A stretch of DNA of 32,000 bases, taken from positions 60,001 to 92,000 of the forward strand of contig BAAFSQ010000003.1 of the NCBI GenBank assembly GCA_054661495.1, read 5' to 3'. The translations under genes and the position numbers were made by a program. The notes under the pieces were generated by a model, which saw nothing but the letters and a program-made list of their open reading frames with translations, was not told where the DNA came from and searched no databases. This stretch comes from Zygophlyctis sp. KS116 (Eukaryota; Fungi; Chytridiomycota). Positions 31,464 through 32,000 of this stretch are shown here, piece by piece (within the stretch, counting starts at the first letter, position 1; every line of letters starts with the position of its first letter).

Positions 31464-32000
31464 ATGGAAAACTGCAATTCTGAAACTTGTTTGTTGGTAA
31501 CGCATCATGTCATTCCAATCATGTAAGTATGATCTTCTTGGTCAATATTTTAGAGGGATTCTAACATCATTGGCTATAAAACTATCATCATGGGCTCCAG
31601 TCAAGGAGGTTATTAAAACTCAAAATCTTGGGTCGTTTAATACAGTTCCGAATGCAATGCTCATGATTAACAGCATGTCTTGGTTTCTATACGGGCTATT
31701 TATCAGAAATCCATATATTTCATTTCCTGGTATTTTAGGAGTACAATTCATGTTATACTATATAATGTCTACTTATCATTTGCATTCACCAGATAAACGA
31801 AACCTGATCAGAAATATATTTATGTTTGGATTTCTGTTTATAATGTCAATCGGGATGATTGCCTTTATTGGAATATACAACCCAGATAGAAACACATCCC
31901 TAGAAGATTTTATAAAGGCAAAGAACTTGCTTGGCGTTTCTTCAATCTTAATATTAACGGCATTTTATACTAGTCCGCTTCTTAATATGATGCAAGTTAT
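31464..32000 (+). CDS. SWEET sugar transporter, copy 2 (3' partial)
   Basis: Not in the ORF track. MENCNSETCLLVTHHVIPI, intron 31523-31553, then GILTSLAIKLSSW..NSMSWFLYG..FYTSPL; clear paralogue of copy 1. Confidence 0.9.

Overview
Eukaryotic, AT-rich and extremely compact nuclear DNA, most consistent with an early-diverging (chytrid-like) fungus. This is inferred from gene content: fungal-type CHO2, FYV4 and SEC14 sit alongside CC2D1/Lgd, Aquarius, SWEETs, an ADAM-type protease and a BPI-like protein. About 25 protein-coding genes fill the window, with intergenic gaps mostly 0-200 bp and one antisense CDS overlap. The fragmented ORF track is explained by about 36 GT-AG introns that I reconstructed by hand, all 20-34 nt with a mode near 25 nt. 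Recognisable genes: CC2D1-like, GCP6-like, LSM2 (missed by the ORF track), an MFSD6-like transporter, Aquarius/Cwf11, PPIL4, DENR/TMA22, zeta-COP, FYV4, LTV1, RRP3, GRX5, RPS6, a CHO2-like gene, an M12B protease, SEC14 and two SWEETs. The main candidate system is an ultra-short-intron genome whose Aquarius has lost essentially every SF1 ATPase motif while keeping its scaffold motifs. Other points of interest: a DEG/ENaC-motif membrane protein, a 354-bp identical tract shared by two diverged secreted paralogues, a CCTA-phased repeat filling the RPS6 promoter, a degenerate Cho2, a two-domain BPI-like protein, a Q/P/Y repeat inserted in a metalloprotease, and an unannotated 6-Cys secreted peptide. 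No rRNA, tRNA, CRISPR array or transposon could be supported. All family assignments are from motif recognition by eye, not from database searches.
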